Below are positions 56,160-64,000 of a DNA stretch of 64,000 bases, piece by piece. Under the pieces are notes generated by a model. That model did not search any database. It saw only the letters and a program-made list of their open reading frames with translations, and was not told where the DNA came from. The stretch covers positions 5,840 through 69,839 of the IMG/VR virus record IMGVR_UViG_3300006201_000015; one strand, 5' to 3'. Source of the DNA: a virus. Position 1 is the first letter of the stretch. The number at the start of each line of letters is the position of its first letter. A program made the position numbers and the translations under genes.

Positions 56160-56435
56160 TTATTCGTCCTGATACATTCCGCGTTCTTTATATAACTTGT
56201 TGCACTCACGGAAGTGGATGATATAGAGAATACTAATTTTATCCCCGACTTCAAGCTCAGGGAAGAATTTGGAGTCCAACTCGCATGAGGTTTTAACATT
56301 CATCATCCTAACGTGAGGAACACTTATCCTGCCTCCACATTTATCAACTGCATATTTTTCAATACAGTCAAAACCAAGTGTATTGGCAGCTTCCGCTGCC
56401 TTGACAGACTTTTCAGAAAACTCTTTAAGTTTCAC
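56160..56435 (-). CDS. hypothetical protein
   Basis: 91-aa ORF with its own upstream GGTTAGCAAA promoter-like motif. Confidence 0.3.
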   Translation of the reverse strand: MKLKEFSEKSVKAAEAANTLGFDCIEKYAVDKCGGRISVPHVRMMNVKTSCELDSKFFPELEVGDKISILYIIHFRECNKLYKERGMYQDE

Positions 56436-56473
56436 GCTAACACCTCCATAAAAGGACTGTTTTGTCTGTCTTT

Positions 56474-56749
56474 TCAGGCATCATCTCGGCATAATTTCCA
56501 ATATGCCTCAAAATCGTCACCCTCCTCGTTCTCCCAAGAATCTCCTACCTGCCCATTGCGATATTGGCACACATCGAACATATTGTAATCCACATCGTCG
56601 TTAAGTAAATCACTGTCTGCGATAGCGTCCGCAAGACGCACGGCCTGGTCAATATCCTTAACAGGGAAAATAGTCTCATGCCCGTTCCGGATATAGATAA
56701 GAGTAAGCTGAACATTCATATCAATACCTCCATTTTTAATACAAAGCAA
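56474..56749 (-). CDS. hypothetical acidic protein
   Basis: 91-aa ORF. Confidence 0.3.
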   Translation of the reverse strand: MLCIKNGGIDMNVQLTLIYIRNGHETIFPVKDIDQAVRLADAIADSDLLNDDVDYNMFDVCQYRNGQVGDSWENEEGDDFEAYWKLCRDDA

Positions 56750-56757
56750 AGCGGAAC

Positions 56758-56767
56758 TTTGCTAACC
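56758..56767 (-). promoter_or_regulatory. GGTTAGCAAA-type motif, copy 2
   Basis: tttgctaacc; GTTAGCAAAG..N18..TATTAA, then ATG. Confidence 0.4.
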
Positions 56768-57634
56768 AATCTCACTGGTATATTTTTGAGTGACCTTTGC
56801 AACTGCCTCTAAAAAGCGCTCCCACTCCAGATTATACTCTTCAGTGGCCCAATGGTGATACTGCCGAATCATAGGCCAGACCGTAGTAGCAACTTGGGTG
56901 CTGTTCAGATGCTTTACCAACTGAACAAAATTAGTGATCTGCAACCACGCTCTATTCCTTATTACAATAGCACCCCAAGAATCCGCATAGATGAACTTTT
57001 CCGGTCTTAGAACGCCAAAATATTTCTTCATGTAGTACGACGTTGGCTTCCCAATATCATCCGCTGGTGGCCTCCACATCTGACTGAAATAGTCACTGTG
57101 GTTAATGTAAAGATCGTCACCACTTAAAAACAGTTGACACTGGCTTTTCCCATCGAAAGGAACAGATGCAAATTTCCGTATCCCTTTCAGTTCCTGCGGC
57201 TTTTGTACCTTCTTGCCAGAGCAAAGCACTGTATACTCCGATGTTGGGAAAATGAACTCTTTACAGAAGTTATCGGGAGTGGTCAATGTGAATGTGACCG
57301 GCACAACAAGCGCCCCGTTTTTCCATAGTTGGTACTTACAGAAGTCGTACCATACACCATCGCTGGCGTCCTGATGCAGCGTAGCAATGCACGTTCCAAC
57401 CGATGTATTGAACCGTAGCACATGGACGATGGAACCTTTACGTTCCATCGTCTTGTGCTCATCCGCGCTGGCAAGCATTTTGTTGATGTACTCTATATGG
57501 GATTGATCGTGACACTCGGAGATTTTGGCGTTCGGATAATGCTCCTGAGCCACCTCCATAGTGGGGTAATATAGCTTCAGAAACGTACCGTCTTCCGCCA
57601 TAATTGTGAACCGTTTCAAAATAAACACCTCCAA
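56762..57634 (-). CDS. hypothetical protein
   Basis: 290-aa ORF. Confidence 0.3.
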   Translation of the reverse strand: MEVFILKRFTIMAEDGTFLKLYYPTMEVAQEHYPNAKISECHDQSHIEYINKMLASADEHKTMERKGSIVHVLRFNTSVGTCIATLHQDASDGVWYDFCKYQLWKNGALVVPVTFTLTTPDNFCKEFIFPTSEYTVLCSGKKVQKPQELKGIRKFASVPFDGKSQCQLFLSGDDLYINHSDYFSQMWRPPADDIGKPTSYYMKKYFGVLRPEKFIYADSWGAIVIRNRAWLQITNFVQLVKHLNSTQVATTVWPMIRQYHHWATEEYNLEWERFLEAVAKVTQKYTSEIG

Positions 57635-57667
57635 TTCTTATTCCTATTTACAGGCAGAAAACGGAGT

Positions 57668-57677
57668 TTGCTAACCT
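57668..57677 (-). promoter_or_regulatory. GGTTAGCAAA-type motif, copy 3
   Basis: tttgctaacc; N18 TAAATA, then a GGAGG-containing leader. Confidence 0.4.
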
Positions 57678-58029
57678 ATTTCCAGATAGAAAGTTCCTCG
57701 TCCAGAAAAATCCCAAGCGTTCCCTCCGTAATCCCATAGGTCTGATCTTTCATGCCTACCTCCGCATGGGTATGAGCAATCCGCAATCTGGTAGGCGGAC
57801 GGTCGAATCCGAGGGAAGAATGGTATATCCCGTTAAGTCGGGCCAGTGCCTGAAGAAAATCTCCCATCCCAGCGACATTTTTCAAGCTGTCCAGAATTTC
57901 CTCCCAGGTGTTTTCACAGTAGTCGCTTGATCCCATCCGTTCCAACTCGGTCTTGTCACCATTGATTTCCTCAGAGACATAATATTTGCCACTTTGCGGG
58001 GAGTAAAAGTAAATCTGCCGTCGTGTCAT
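57676..58029 (-). CDS. hypothetical protein
   Basis: Start trimmed to MTRRQIYF, which has a GGAGG site 8 nt upstream. Confidence 0.3.
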   Translation of the reverse strand: MTRRQIYFYSPQSGKYYVSEEINGDKTELERMGSSDYCENTWEEILDSLKNVAGMGDFLQALARLNGIYHSSLGFDRPPTRLRIAHTHAEVGMKDQTYGITEGTLGIFLDEELSIWK

Positions 58030-58042
58030 GATAAAACCTCCA

Positions 58043-58594
58043 TTATTGCCGAATCGAAAGTAGGAACCCAATCCTATCTGGGTTATGCTCCATCCAGTCC
58101 TTTGGGTACACGAACAGAGAGGGAAACTTGCTAAACTGAACGCTATACCCAATGTAAACCAAGGCGTTCGTGCCCACAGCCTCCACGACATTTACCAGAT
58201 ACCAAGGATTGTAGTATCCAGTCACGGCACGTCCATCCTCCATACGGGCGGTGATCTCCACCGGCGTTGCGCCGGTCTTGCTGTCCTTGCCCTGTTTCCA
58301 CGGCTTTACCAGAGCTTTCCATTCTTTGATTTTTTCCACAGTAGCGGTACAGGCCAGCACAGAATCTCCACGCTTGACCTCCCGCTCCACCATCTCATAA
58401 ATCTTCCGCATCTCCTCGCCCTCCGGCAACCCATCCGGCTTTTCGGCAAGCAGCACTGCCGAGATCCCATCGGTAACGATCCACTTATCCCATGCGGCAT
58501 GAATGCCGGGTTTTACTGCCGACTTTCGCTCCTCAAGGCGTGCATTTTCATTGGCAATAATATTGCTCAGTGCCGCAATTTGCTTCTTTGTCAT
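58043..58594 (-). CDS. hypothetical protein
   Basis: Start at MTKKQIAAL with a GAGGAGG site. Confidence 0.3.
   Translation of the reverse strand: MTKKQIAALSNIIANENARLEERKSAVKPGIHAAWDKWIVTDGISAVLLAEKPDGLPEGEEMRKIYEMVEREVKRGDSVLACTATVEKIKEWKALVKPWKQGKDSKTGATPVEITARMEDGRAVTGYYNPWYLVNVVEAVGTNALVYIGYSVQFSKFPSLFVYPKDWMEHNPDRIGFLLSIRQ
58127..58136 (-). promoter_or_regulatory. GTTTAGCAAG variant motif, copy 4
   Basis: cttgctaaac. Confidence 0.3.
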
Positions 58595-59544
58595 ACAGAT
58601 CTCCTCCTCATGCACTGCTCCACAAACTCCTGGACATAGGCGGCGCTTCTGAATTTGATATCTACACGACCATTTTTGAACAGTTTGATAAATTTGACCT
58701 TGCTCATATTACAAGTGTCGAACTCATTTACCTTGGTCGTGTATTTGCACAACTCAGGAAACCACAGCGCGGCTTCACCCATGCGTCCACACTGATACCA
58801 CGCCAACGCATCCAGTAAGGTATGAAGATTCTCGTTCGGCTTCCACTCCGGCCCCCAGCTCCACTGGTCATCACAGTAACACCAACCACTGGTCAGCCGA
58901 AGCGTGTCGTTCTTGATTTCAAACTTTTCTTTCCCGTCCCAGTTCTGGTGACAGCAATTCCATGTGCGCTCCAGGAACTCGTTCATAGCCTGCTCCTGGA
59001 AAGAGAAACCTCCCAGCTGGACGAAAATCTCATCCACGATCTGTTCATAACGAAGGGGGAGCGTTCTCATAGCCTCGCTATACTTGCTTTCTTCCTGATG
59101 GTAGATCTCCATCTGTTCCTTAAACTGGTCGATTTGCTCATCACTCATCTCACGATATCCACCCCAAGGCAGCTGCGGTTCTTTTGGTGGGGTAGGGATA
59201 AGATGTTCCAGAATTATTGAGCTATCCAGCTCCACGGTATATTTCCGGCTAAAGTAGTCCACGATTGCCTTAATAAATCGCTTATTTCGTTTTTGCATCA
59301 TCTCGTAGATGTGCTCATCATCACACTTAAAGCTGTTACAAGTGATGTATGTTCCATAACTATCGTTCCCAAGGATCTGCCGCTGCTCATATCTCGTGTC
59401 GGATATGACATTCGCAATTTTTTGGAGTGCCGGCCCAGATTTGTCAAACGCATCCTGGTGTCGCAGACAAAACGCCTTGTCCTCCTCAGAAATTCTGTTA
59501 TCCGCCTTGATCTCCACGGACGCGAACTTATTAAGCAGACTCAT
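58591..59544 (-). CDS. hypothetical protein (317 aa)
   Basis: Long ORF; start overlaps the upstream stop by 4 nt. Confidence 0.3.
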   Translation of the reverse strand: MSLLNKFASVEIKADNRISEEDKAFCLRHQDAFDKSGPALQKIANVISDTRYEQRQILGNDSYGTYITCNSFKCDDEHIYEMMQKRNKRFIKAIVDYFSRKYTVELDSSIILEHLIPTPPKEPQLPWGGYREMSDEQIDQFKEQMEIYHQEESKYSEAMRTLPLRYEQIVDEIFVQLGGFSFQEQAMNEFLERTWNCCHQNWDGKEKFEIKNDTLRLTSGWCYCDDQWSWGPEWKPNENLHTLLDALAWYQCGRMGEAALWFPELCKYTTKVNEFDTCNMSKVKFIKLFKNGRVDIKFRSAAYVQEFVEQCMRRRSV

Positions 59545-60241
59545 CTAAATTCTCCTCACTTTCAATGTTTTGTACTCCACTTAACACCTTGTCCAGATTA
59601 GCGGAGGTAATGGTGTTAAAAAGCTCCTCCAGAATGCGCGGCGTATATGTCCGTGTTTCCAAATGCTCATGGTATTTTGTCATCTCATTCTGCAGGTTCA
59701 TCAAACTGGATACCGTGCCAGAACGATGAATAGTTCCAAGCATATCGCAGACATCCTTGCACTGACGGCGGCGCTGACGAATTTCCTGCAATGCCTTGTA
59801 GAGTTTGAACCCGTCCACTACATTGGCGTTAGTGAACTCGATCTTGTGAAGCATATCCTCCTGCGCTTTGTCCGCTACACGGACTTGATCTGAATAGTAG
59901 GAGAGAAGTACCCGCATAATGCGTCCTGTTTCGTACATCTGTCCGATCATATCGGGTAGCGTATCCAGATACACATTGGCCTGTTCCTCGGTAATTTCAG
60001 CCCTAAGAGTACCTGAACTATCGAAAGGCATATGTGCTGTATCACAAGGAAGAATCTCCACCTCCGACTTTCTGATCTGCCCCTTGACCGCATTATTGAA
60101 ATTCATACGCATGAAGTTATCCACTTTCTGTCGGTCGCTAAAACGATGAGCTTTATCCAGATCAACCCACACAGCCTCATTCCGTAGCTTTACAAGACTG
60201 AGATATTTCCCAGACTCGCAGTGTCGAATTACATATTCCAA
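59531..60241 (-). CDS. hypothetical protein
   Basis: 236 aa. TTG start behind an AAGGAGG site. Confidence 0.3.
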   Translation of the reverse strand: MEYVIRHCESGKYLSLVKLRNEAVWVDLDKAHRFSDRQKVDNFMRMNFNNAVKGQIRKSEVEILPCDTAHMPFDSSGTLRAEITEEQANVYLDTLPDMIGQMYETGRIMRVLLSYYSDQVRVADKAQEDMLHKIEFTNANVVDGFKLYKALQEIRQRRRQCKDVCDMLGTIHRSGTVSSLMNLQNEMTKYHEHLETRTYTPRILEELFNTITSANLDKVLSGVQNIESEENLDESA

Positions 60242-60246
60242 TAGAA

Positions 60247-60363
60247 CTCACTCCTCCTTGTAGCGTCGCACCACCATATCGGCGTACCTGTTAGCCTCTT
60301 TTTCTTGGAAAGCCTCGCAAATCAGTTTGACTGCCGTGATAATCACGCCTATCAGAATCTCCA
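60247..60363 (-). CDS. small hydrophobic protein (38 aa)
   Basis: MEILIGVIITAVKLICEAF... directly behind a leader-motif copy. Not in the ORF track. Confidence 0.3.
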
Positions 60364-60377
60364 TATCGCCGCCTCCT

Positions 60378-60396
60378 TGATTTTGTTTGTCGCTAT
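60378..60396 (-). promoter_or_regulatory. conserved leader motif copy 14
   Basis: gattttgtttgtcgctatg, upstream of the 38-aa ORF. Confidence 0.45.
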
Positions 60397-60460
60397 GATA
60401 AGGCTTGTTAGGTGCTTCGTGCTTACGGCACCCATTCTATATAACTGAATGAAACCATTG

Positions 60461-60470
60461 TTTGCTAACC
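60461..60470 (-). promoter_or_regulatory. GGTTAGCAAA-type motif, copy 5
   Basis: tttgctaacc; N19 TATATA. Confidence 0.4.
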
Positions 60471-60474
60471 TTTG

Positions 60475-60714
60475 CTACTTTACGGTTTGTACATCTGGCA
60501 TTTCCATCAGACCAATTACAACACTGTGCAAAAAGTTTTTAATTTTCGGTTCTTCCGATAAAGGAAGCAAGAAACTCTTTTCCCGTGCCGGTGGCCTGGA
60601 AAGTGACGCGCCAGGATGGTAATACTCAATGTGGAGATAGATGTTCTTCCCGTCAATCCAGTCAAATGCACGGACTTTGTATCCTCCCGCCATCCAAGTA
60701 TTGATTTCTGTCAT
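60475..60714 (-). CDS. hypothetical protein
   Basis: Start trimmed to MTEINTW, which has a GGAGG site. Confidence 0.3.
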   Translation of the reverse strand: MTEINTWMAGGYKVRAFDWIDGKNIYLHIEYYHPGASLSRPPAREKSFLLPLSEEPKIKNFLHSVVIGLMEMPDVQTVK

Positions 60715-60756
60715 ATGACCACTCCTCCCATTACTATTACAGAAAAAGGGGAGAGG

Positions 60757-60766
60757 TCTGCTAACC
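60757..60766 (-). promoter_or_regulatory. GGTTAGCAGA variant motif, copy 6, embedded in inverted repeat GAGAGGT..ACCTCTC
   Basis: tctgctaacc. Confidence 0.35.
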
Positions 60767-60784
60767 TCTCCCCAAAACTTTTTG

Positions 60785-61048
60785 TTAGTCGTACTTGAAG
60801 TTCTCACGTCCGATATACTCACCATTCGCATAGTCCTCATCGACATAGCCGGAGTACCAGACCAGCTCACCGTGCTGCTCCGTCAGCTCGCCCAGCTTTT
60901 CCATGCAGTCGCTCTCATCGTTACTGCCGACTGTTACCTCGAAGTCATCCACGAACCGCCCACACATTCTGAACGGCTCCAGGATTGCGCTCTTGATGTC
61001 GGAAATGGTGTTATAATAAATCATCAGTTGTATCCTCCTAAATTTCAC
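60785..61048 (-). CDS. hypothetical protein
   Basis: 87-aa ORF. Confidence 0.3.
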   Translation of the reverse strand: MKFRRIQLMIYYNTISDIKSAILEPFRMCGRFVDDFEVTVGSNDESDCMEKLGELTEQHGELVWYSGYVDEDYANGEYIGRENFKYD

Positions 61049-61331
61049 TTCTGTAAACAGTGAAGTCGTAGCTGTTGTCCGTCACCTCCTCCACCCACAA
61101 CTGGCAGGTGGCGTCGTTGCCGTACTTATCCCAGGCGGTGTGCTCCGCTTCCTCCTGGCTGTCGGCCAACACCACACCGCAACGTTTCCCGATATGCTCA
61201 TCGGTACGGCGGTGGCACACAGTCATACAGAAGAAGAAAATCTTTTTGCCGTCCATGTTGTATCCTTCCTCCCCGTATAGCCGATGGGACAGCTTTATTG
61301 TATCAAACATCCAGCTCATTTGCAAGGGCAT
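61038..61331 (-). CDS. hypothetical protein
   Basis: 97-aa ORF. Confidence 0.3.
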   Translation of the reverse strand: MPLQMSWMFDTIKLSHRLYGEEGYNMDGKKIFFFCMTVCHRRTDEHIGKRCGVVLADSQEEAEHTAWDKYGNDATCQLWVEEVTDNSYDFTVYRSEI

Positions 61332-61365
61332 AGGCTCCTATTACATTTACAAACCGTTCTAAAAT

Positions 61366-61375
61366 ATTGCTAACT
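61366..61375 (-). promoter_or_regulatory. AGTTAGCAAT variant motif, copy 7
   Basis: attgctaact. Confidence 0.35.
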
Positions 61376-61383
61376 AAAAATTA

Positions 61384-61419
61384 CAGGCGAGGCAGATTTC
61401 TCCACCTCGCCTGTTTTAT
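61384..61419 (-). terminator. hairpin terminator (CAGGCGAGG..CCTCGCCTG followed by a T-run), potentially bidirectional
   Basis: Perfect 9-bp stem flanked by T/A runs, immediately downstream of the DUF932 gene's stop. Confidence 0.55.
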
Positions 61420-61420
61420 T

Positions 61421-62362
61421 TTACTTTGCGCCCACCCCGGCCAGCAGGGAGGCCATCTTGTCCATCATGGCGTGTCCGTCCATGATACGGCCCCAGTTGT
61501 TCTCCCAGTAGTTGGCCGTCTGACGGCGGGGAGCGTTGTGGCCTACCATATCGCTCATGGCGTTCAAAGCGCCCCAGGCGGTGCCCTTGAACTTGGCGAT
61601 GTCCGGGGCGAAGTAGCAGACCATGTACTCCGTGCGGGCTTTCTTCGCGTTCTGCTTCTCACGGTCGGTGCTATCCTCAGCGATGGGGAACATCTCATCC
61701 AGAATCTTGGCGATCTCCTCATCCTTGATGGTCTTGTTCGCCAGGTTGTCAGCGTACACGGCCAGCTTGTCCATGTACTTGTTTGCCATATCCAGACACA
61801 TCCGCGCCTCGTGGAGCTTGGCCTGAATGTCTCCAGTATGCCGCACAGACCATGCCCGCTTTGCGCCGTTCAGGGCGATGTTCAGGGTGTTGTTGCAAAC
61901 CACACGCACCGGCGTCATGCAGACACGGATAGCGCCACTCCCGTCGTGGGTGTTGGAGAAGCACAGATACGGCTCCGTCTTGTCGCCGACGATCTCCGTG
62001 TCGGGCAGCTTTGCCAACAGCCAAATCTTCCGGCCACCCCGAAGGGAACCCGCCGTGTCATACCGCACGGGAACGTCACCACCGATCAGGGCGTCGGTAA
62101 AAGCAAAGGCGTCCACGTTCTGAACGATCTTGTACTGGTCAGACACAACCCCCAGCACAGACCCGTCACTGCTCCGCACGTTGGCCTTGTAGTTGGGAAT
62201 GACTGCGCCAGTGGGCAGGTGAACATCGTGCCGATCCACCGTCCAGTTCAGCCCAGCCAGCCGCAGCGCGTCGGCGCTGGTAGGCGCTTCCTCCACCCGT
62301 GTGCCCAGACCGTGCCAGGGCTTCTCACGAACATACATCATAGTCTCCACATTAGCAGCCAT
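61421..62362 (-). CDS. DUF932-family protein (phage/conjugative-element associated)
   Basis: MAANVETMMYVREKPWHGLGTRV...ADALRLAGLNWTV N-terminus, typical of DUF932. Start trimmed from the track's 62593 to the Met that follows the RBS. Confidence 0.6.
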   Translation of the reverse strand: MAANVETMMYVREKPWHGLGTRVEEAPTSADALRLAGLNWTVDRHDVHLPTGAVIPNYKANVRSSDGSVLGVVSDQYKIVQNVDAFAFTDALIGGDVPVRYDTAGSLRGGRKIWLLAKLPDTEIVGDKTEPYLCFSNTHDGSGAIRVCMTPVRVVCNNTLNIALNGAKRAWSVRHTGDIQAKLHEARMCLDMANKYMDKLAVYADNLANKTIKDEEIAKILDEMFPIAEDSTDREKQNAKKARTEYMVCYFAPDIAKFKGTAWGALNAMSDMVGHNAPRRQTANYWENNWGRIMDGHAMMDKMASLLAGVGAK

Positions 62363-62448
62363 TTTTCTGTTCCTCCTCAAATTTGTTTGTGATTGGTGGG
62401 GGGGGGAGGAATGTCCCCTCCCCATTGTACTTACAAGATGCAATAGGG

Positions 62449-62458
62449 TTTTGCTAAC
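62449..62458 (-). promoter_or_regulatory. GGTTAGCAAA-type motif, copy 8 (upstream of the DUF932 gene)
   Basis: tttgctaacc; TGTAAGTACAAT, then a G/C hairpin and RBS. Confidence 0.4.
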
Positions 62459-62837
62459 CGTTGTTATAAACTTTTTCCACAACGGGCAGGCAATCATGCC
62501 GCCAGGTATAGAAGTCCTCCACAGCGGCGATGGCGTCCTCCTTGGGCATATCGTCGGGGAAGTTGGAAAAGAAGTGCTCCAACCTCTCCACATCAGGACT
62601 GAACTCCTCCTCGTCGCACAGTGTCAGCACCTCGCCCAGCGTCAGATCGTTTTCCTTGCAGGCACGCCAGTCATCCTCCGTGAAGTCCAGCACGGAACCC
62701 ATGGAGCCATGGTAGTCTTGGAGCGTCCAGGCCAGTGTCTCGCTCCAATATTCATCCCGTCCACCCTTTTCGTGGAACTCCGCCTTTGCCTCGGCGATCT
62801 TGTTTCTCAGCGTAAACTCTTTCGGCATAATTGACAC
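62454..62837 (-). CDS. hypothetical protein
   Basis: 127-aa ORF. Confidence 0.3.
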   Translation of the reverse strand: MSIMPKEFTLRNKIAEAKAEFHEKGGRDEYWSETLAWTLQDYHGSMGSVLDFTEDDWRACKENDLTLGEVLTLCDEEEFSPDVERLEHFFSNFPDDMPKEDAIAAVEDFYTWRHDCLPVVEKVYNNG

Positions 62838-62867
62838 CTCCTATTTCATATACAGGGATAAAAGCTG

Positions 62868-62877
62868 TTTTGCTAAC
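62868..62877 (-). promoter_or_regulatory. GTTAGCAAAA-type motif, copy 9
   Basis: ttttgctaac; N~18 TGTATAT. Confidence 0.4.
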
Positions 62878-63237
62878 TTACTCTATCCAGACTTTTTCTA
62901 TCCCGAAGGAAATGCGGATGCCCCGGTCGCCGCCGCTCATCATGATGCGGTCAGCCTTGCCCATGATCGTGGTCAGCTTGTCCGTCTCCGCCTTATCAAA
63001 GATAGAGATCGACTTGATGTCCAGGAAAATCACCGCGTTCGGCTCATACTGGTTGGGCTTGCATTCGGATAGCTTCACCACATCATCACAGCCCTGCAGA
63101 AAGTCCACCAGATTGGCCTTAATCTCCTGATAAAGCGCCAGCTTGGAAAAGTCGGCGCGTTTACCATCGAAGTTTTCATTGTGGTCTACCATTTCCCCGA
63201 ACTCCTCTGGGGTGATCTTGTCATAATTGTTGCTCAT
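62878..63237 (-). CDS. hypothetical protein
   Basis: 119-aa ORF. Confidence 0.3.
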   Translation of the reverse strand: MSNNYDKITPEEFGEMVDHNENFDGKRADFSKLALYQEIKANLVDFLQGCDDVVKLSECKPNQYEPNAVIFLDIKSISIFDKAETDKLTTIMGKADRIMMSGGDRGIRISFGIEKVWIE

Positions 63238-63397
63238 CCCTGCTTCCTCCTAATGTCCATGTAATCCCTGTAGCTCATGCCGCAAAGGTCAGCGGCGTAG
63301 TGCAAAGCGGCTTTCTTATCCATCAGCGGGCCAGCGGGCGTCTTGGCTGCCCTTCTGCTTGGACACGTCATAGGCCATGGTCATATCTTTTCCTCCC

Positions 63398-63586
63398 TCA
63401 TAAAGTCCAGGCGATCTTTGCCGCCTGTGATTTTAATTCCTCATCGGAACCGCTCTCGAAGTCCTCCACGAATATCATAGGCAGGCGTCCGTATTTCTTG
63501 CGGAACAGAATGTCGAACACGGTGTTGACCACCGTGTTCATTGACATCCCTATTTCCTTGAACGCCTTGGCGTCGCTAAAATCCAC
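63398..63586 (-). CDS. hypothetical small protein
   Basis: 62-aa ORF. Confidence 0.2.
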   Translation of the reverse strand: MDFSDAKAFKEIGMSMNTVVNTVFDILFRKKYGRLPMIFVEDFESGSDEELKSQAAKIAWTL

Positions 63587-63598
63587 CTCAACGCCTCC

Positions 63599-64000
63599 TC
63601 ACCATACGTTCCGCCAGCCAGGGGCCTTGACCCGCTCGTTCAGCTCGGCCTCTTTTTTGTCGGCCTCATCCTGTTCACCCTCATCGGGGAAGTCGGACAC
63701 GTCCAAATCGTACACATCGGCGCTCACATCGGTGTTGGCGTAGATGTTCTGAACCATCCCACCTTTGACCTCCACGGCCAGCTCCACAGCCAGATCGTAC
63801 TCATCAATGCGCCAGTGCATAGAGTCCATACCGTCACGGATAACGGCGCTGTCCTCCTCGCAGTAGCACTCGTCCTCATCCTTGTGCTCCTTGGCGTTGT
63901 ACTCCCATCCTTCAACGGACTCTTGCCAACCAGTCCGCATAGCGGCCTGGGCGTCCTCCTTATGGAGAAAAGGGGATGCTTCTGCGCTGCACACACAATC
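63599..64000 (-). CDS. hypothetical acidic protein, N-terminus outside window
   Basis: Open frame runs to the window edge. Confidence 0.3.
   Translation of the reverse strand, partial: DCVCSAEASPFLHKEDAQAAMRTGWQESVEGWEYNAKEHKDEDECYCEEDSAVIRDGMDSMHWRIDEYDLAVELAVEVKGGMVQNIYANTDVSADVYDLDVSDFPDEGEQDEADKKEAELNERVKAPGWRNVW

Noticed and set aside
56137-62877. TTGCTAACC motif as a transcription terminator
   Set aside because: Only some copies lie near hairpins (56745-56790, 60750-60775). All are followed at fixed spacing by a -10-like hexamer and an RBS, so a promoter reading fits better.

Overview
This window is a gene-dense, phage-like region, either part of a large temperate phage or a prophage, possibly mosaic with an ICE-like arm. 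More than 95% of genes are on the minus strand. Strong Shine-Dalgarno sites, an XRE/ImmA pair, DUF932 and a SpoVK-like AAA protein suggest a Firmicutes-type host, but that is inference.

Layout, left to right:
- 1-800: tail end of a plus-strand operon (C-terminal gene fragment, putative holin-like membrane protein, intrinsic terminator).
- ~800-1120: intergenic region with 17-bp direct repeats, a candidate attachment site.
- 1124-2683: tyrosine integrase and excisionase.
- 2.7-6.1 kb: small hypothetical early genes.
- 6.1-33.7 kb: nucleotide-metabolism and replication block. It contains an HNH-AP2 homing endonuclease, FolD, a Dam-like methyltransferase, a SpoVK-like AAA ATPase, a radical SAM protein, a beta-class amino-methyltransferase, a lysozyme-like protein, dUTPase, NrdG-like/NrdD/NrdH-like, a dNMP-kinase-nucleotidase fusion, ThyX, DnaE, primase-helicase, a Cas4-like nuclease, SSB and Erf.
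- 34.3-36.7 kb: a fragmented, apparently circularly permuted C5-methyltransferase and an N6A-methyltransferase.
- 37.3-44.8 kb: two PP-loop (PAPS-reductase-like) ATPases and a cysteine desulfurase, flanking an RNA end-healing and sealing cassette (polynucleotide kinase-HD, nucleotidyltransferase, Rnl2/Rnl5-like RNA ligase).
- 44.8-46.4 kb: a vWA/DUF2828-like (Ro60/TROVE-like, tentative) protein.
- 46.5-48.3 kb: six tRNA or tRNA-like genes on the minus strand. One is a canonical tRNA-Ser(GCU). Two clear cases (tRNA1, tRNA4) have the anticodon loop replaced by a conserved ~50-nt element; tRNA2 and the tRNA5-like fragment carry a related ACAGCAAT variant.
- 48.4-64 kb: SPFH/band-7 protein with a small membrane partner, XRE/ImmA on the plus strand, a methyltransferase-SNF2 helicase fusion, and an array of small genes each behind its own GGTTAGCAAA-type promoter, including a DUF932 gene.

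Four things stand out:
- The combination of an RNA-repair cassette, sulfur-relay genes, the Ro60-like protein and the aberrant tRNA-like genes.
- Eleven G/C homopolymer tracts of 7-10 nt, concentrated in DNA-modification genes. Several currently break the reading frame, which indicates either phase variation or homopolymer sequencing error.
- A 20-nt leader motif (TAAYAACGAAYAAAATCAAGGAGG on the coding strand) present at 14 operon starts.
- A C5-methyltransferase whose motif I sits at the C-terminus.

All coordinates were derived by hand and may be off by 1-2 nt.
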